Shown in pieces: positions 47,819 through 50,056 of a DNA stretch of 50,056 nucleotides. The DNA is taken from assembly GCA_047602885.1 (NCBI GenBank), contig JBLKOQ010000005.1:1-50056 (forward strand), read 5' to 3'. Position numbers and translations under genes: made by a program. The notes beneath the pieces are model-generated. The model saw nothing but the letters and a program-made list of their open reading frames with translations, had not been told where the DNA came from and did not search any database. The stretch is from Candidatus Woesearchaeota archaeon. GTDB taxonomy: Archaea; Nanobdellota; Nanobdellia; Woesearchaeales; WAPJ01. Position 1 is the first letter of the stretch. Every line of letters starts with the position of its first letter.

Positions 47819-48853
47819 ATGATTATAGGATTAACAGGATATATCGCTTCGGGTAAGGATGCCATGGCAAAATATTTGGAAGAAAAAAGCTTTATTCACA
47901 TATCACTCTCGGACATACTAAGAGAAGAGCTAAGAGTTCATGGCAAAGATATAACAAGGCATAATCTTGATGAGCTCGGAAGCAATCTTAGGGAACGTTT
48001 TGGTCCTGGAGTCCTTGCACAAAGAGTACTGGCAATGGTTGATGAGAATAAGGATTATGTTATATCAAGTATAGGGACTGTGGGAGAACTATTGGTTCTT
48101 AAGAAACACCCCAATTTTACGCTGGTATTTGTTGATGCTCCATTAAGGATTAGGTGGAATCGGCTTAAGATCAGGAATAGGGAGAAAGACCCTAAAACTT
48201 ACAAGGACTTCAAAACCATAGAATTAAGGCAATCCAAAGGAGGTGGAAAGCATTATAGAGCTTTTGATGATGTAAGAAAGATTGCTGACATTATTCTTGT
48301 TAATGACAAGTCATTAAAGAATGCTTATTCCAAGATGGACAGGATTATTAATGATATTAGGCATAAAAGACCTAGTTGGGACGACTATTTTATCAGTATT
48401 GTTAATGCCGTGGGGCTTAGGGGTACTTGTGATAGAGGTAAATCAGGAGCATTGTTTGTTAAGGACAATAGGATACTTGCGACTGGCTATGTTGGGAGCC
48501 CTTCGGGCCTTCCCCACTGTGATGATGTAGGCCATCTTTTTGATGAGGTATTATTGTATGATGGCAAGGTAAAGAGGCATTGTGTGAGGACTATTCATGC
48601 CGAGCAGAATGCTATTGCCCAGGCTGCAAGGCACGGAGTTCCTATTGATGGTAGTACTTGTTATGTGACTATGGAGCCATGCTATACTTGTGCTAAGATG
48701 CTTATCAATGCAGGTGTTGTTAGAGTGGTAGCTTCTAAAAGGTATCATGCTGCCCATCGTTCTCGAGAGATTTTTAGGCAGGCAGGAGTAATGCTTGATA
48801 TAGTGCATGACGAGATATTGTGGTATCCTGACCAGGAGCGAAATACCAAATAA
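47819..48853 (+). CDS. Fusion of a P-loop nucleotide kinase (dephospho-CoA-kinase-like) and dCMP deaminase
   Basis: GLTGYIASGK; RPSWDDYF, HAEQNA, PCYTC. Confidence 0.9.
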   Translation: MIIGLTGYIASGKDAMAKYLEEKSFIHISLSDILREELRVHGKDITRHNLDELGSNLRERFGPGVLAQRVLAMVDENKDYVISSIGTVGELLVLKKHPNFTLVFVDAPLRIRWNRLKIRNREKDPKTYKDFKTIELRQSKGGGKHYRAFDDVRKIADIILVNDKSLKNAYSKMDRIINDIRHKRPSWDDYFISIVNAVGLRGTCDRGKSGALFVKDNRILATGYVGSPSGLPHCDDVGHLFDEVLLYDGKVKRHCVRTIHAEQNAIAQAARHGVPIDGSTCYVTMEPCYTCAKMLINAGVVRVVASKRYHAAHRSREIFRQAGVMLDIVHDEILWYPDQERNTK

Positions 48854-48858
48854 TGGTT

Positions 48859-49929
48859 CTATTGCAATAGTGTTTCTTCTGTAGTCTCATCCACTTTTAT
48901 ACTGCAATCAATATTCTTCCTGTACATCTCAGTGGTTATATTATCGTATGGCACTCCTGAACTGATTAGTTCGAAGAATTTGTCGTAGTCTATCCATGTC
49001 TGCTTATAGTATTCTTTCCTTGCTATTAGTGCTACTCTGCTAGGCTTGTGTTCTGATGCTATCTCATATCCTGGGAGGTGTTCTATTATGCTTTTTGCAA
49101 ATTCCATTATTTCTTCATGATAAGGCATGTTCTCTAATGAAAGTCTTTGTCTTGACGCTCCTATGAACATATAAGCTTTGACTTCTATGAAGTCAGGATT
49201 GGCTCTTCTTATGAGCTCAGCATACTTTTCTGATTCTATCATGTTCATTCCCTTAATAGCAGTTAGTCTAATGGTAGTCCTGTACTTCTTTTTGGCCATA
49301 GCATCTAGCGACATTATCATTCTCTCCCAATAGTCTGAGAATAATGGGTTGTCTATTTCTTTTAGCAGTTCTCTTGTAGGCGCGTCAAGACTAATATAGA
49401 GCTGGGTTACTATATCTATGTCTTCTATCTGCTTCGGATATTGCGCGTTTGTTACTAGGAATGTGCTTATCTTCCTGTCATGAAATCTTTGTATGGTCTC
49501 GTTTATTTTGGGATATGTTATTGGCTCTCCTGTAAGCGATAATGCTACATGCCTGACTTCTTTGCTCTTCTCGTACAATAGCTTGTTAGCCTTTTCGTTT
49601 CCTCCATATCCGTTTAGCAGTTTTTTGTGTTCTATCATGCTACCTGATATTATGTCTACAGGCTCGTCTATTTCCCATTCCCATTCTTTTGATACTGGGG
49701 CCTTGTATCCTCTCCAGCAGAATGTACATCTGTTAGCGCAGCTTATGGATGTTGTCATCTGCATGCACTGGTTGCTCATAATCCCATAAAACTTTAGTTT
49801 ATAGCAACCTCCCCTTCCCATTATCATGTTCTTAGTCCAACCGCATACTTTTACTGCGCTATGATTCCCTATAATCCTGTATTGTTGTTTTTCGAGGTGC
49901 TCTTTTGCTTTTGGTGTGAGTTGTGGCAT
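48859..49929 (-). CDS. taw1: Radical SAM 4-demethylwyosine synthase
   Basis: HSAVKVCGW, GCYK.KFYGI, CANRCTFCWR, SLTGEP, EVKAYM. Confidence 0.95.
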   Translation of the reverse strand: MPQLTPKAKEHLEKQQYRIIGNHSAVKVCGWTKNMIMGRGGCYKLKFYGIMSNQCMQMTTSISCANRCTFCWRGYKAPVSKEWEWEIDEPVDIISGSMIEHKKLLNGYGGNEKANKLLYEKSKEVRHVALSLTGEPITYPKINETIQRFHDRKISTFLVTNAQYPKQIEDIDIVTQLYISLDAPTRELLKEIDNPLFSDYWERMIMSLDAMAKKKYRTTIRLTAIKGMNMIESEKYAELIRRANPDFIEVKAYMFIGASRQRLSLENMPYHEEIMEFAKSIIEHLPGYEIASEHKPSRVALIARKEYYKQTWIDYDKFFELISSGVPYDNITTEMYRKNIDCSIKVDETTEETLLQ

Positions 49930-50056
49930 TATAACGGTCTTATTGTTCTTATTAATTAATATAACTATACACCTATATAATATGCTCTGTCCTAAGACTC
50001 CGTCGTTGCCATTGTTGGTGTCATTTTGCGCAGCAATAATGGCACTGGCACGGCGT

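Noticed and set aside
49985-50056. Possible 3' end of a minus-strand gene at the window edge
   Set aside because: Too short to determine frame or identity

Overview
AT-rich archaeal chromosomal segment. Archaeal markers are topoisomerase VI, Taw1, TrmI, a Dim2-type KH protein, archaeal-type tRNAs and TATA/BRE promoters. Together with bacterial-type Lgt, AMP phosphorylase, a duplicated Lrp and many orphans, this suggests a DPANN lineage such as Woesearchaeota (inference). It holds about 55 CDSs and five tRNAs (Arg-GCG, Leu-TAA, Thr-GGT, Val-GAC, Gln-CTG). There is a PolB2 operon interrupted by an MNT-HEPN pair and a RelE-like toxin pseudogene. Best leads: (1) an operon of one RimK-like and two GshB-like ATP-grasp ligases (970-bp mosaic duplication) plus an S66 peptidase, behind a multi-stem leader; (2) a dispersed 134-bp MITE-like element with TIRs, 9-bp TSDs and a covarying internal structure; (3) 99-bp tandem repeats after tRNA-Gln carrying sense and antisense copies of the tRNA 3' end; (4) two histone-H1-like Lys/Ala proteins not correctly called by the ORF track, one only 22 aa; (5) a possible stand-alone FtsZ C-terminal-domain protein. 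All calls come from reading motifs by eye; no database searches were run.
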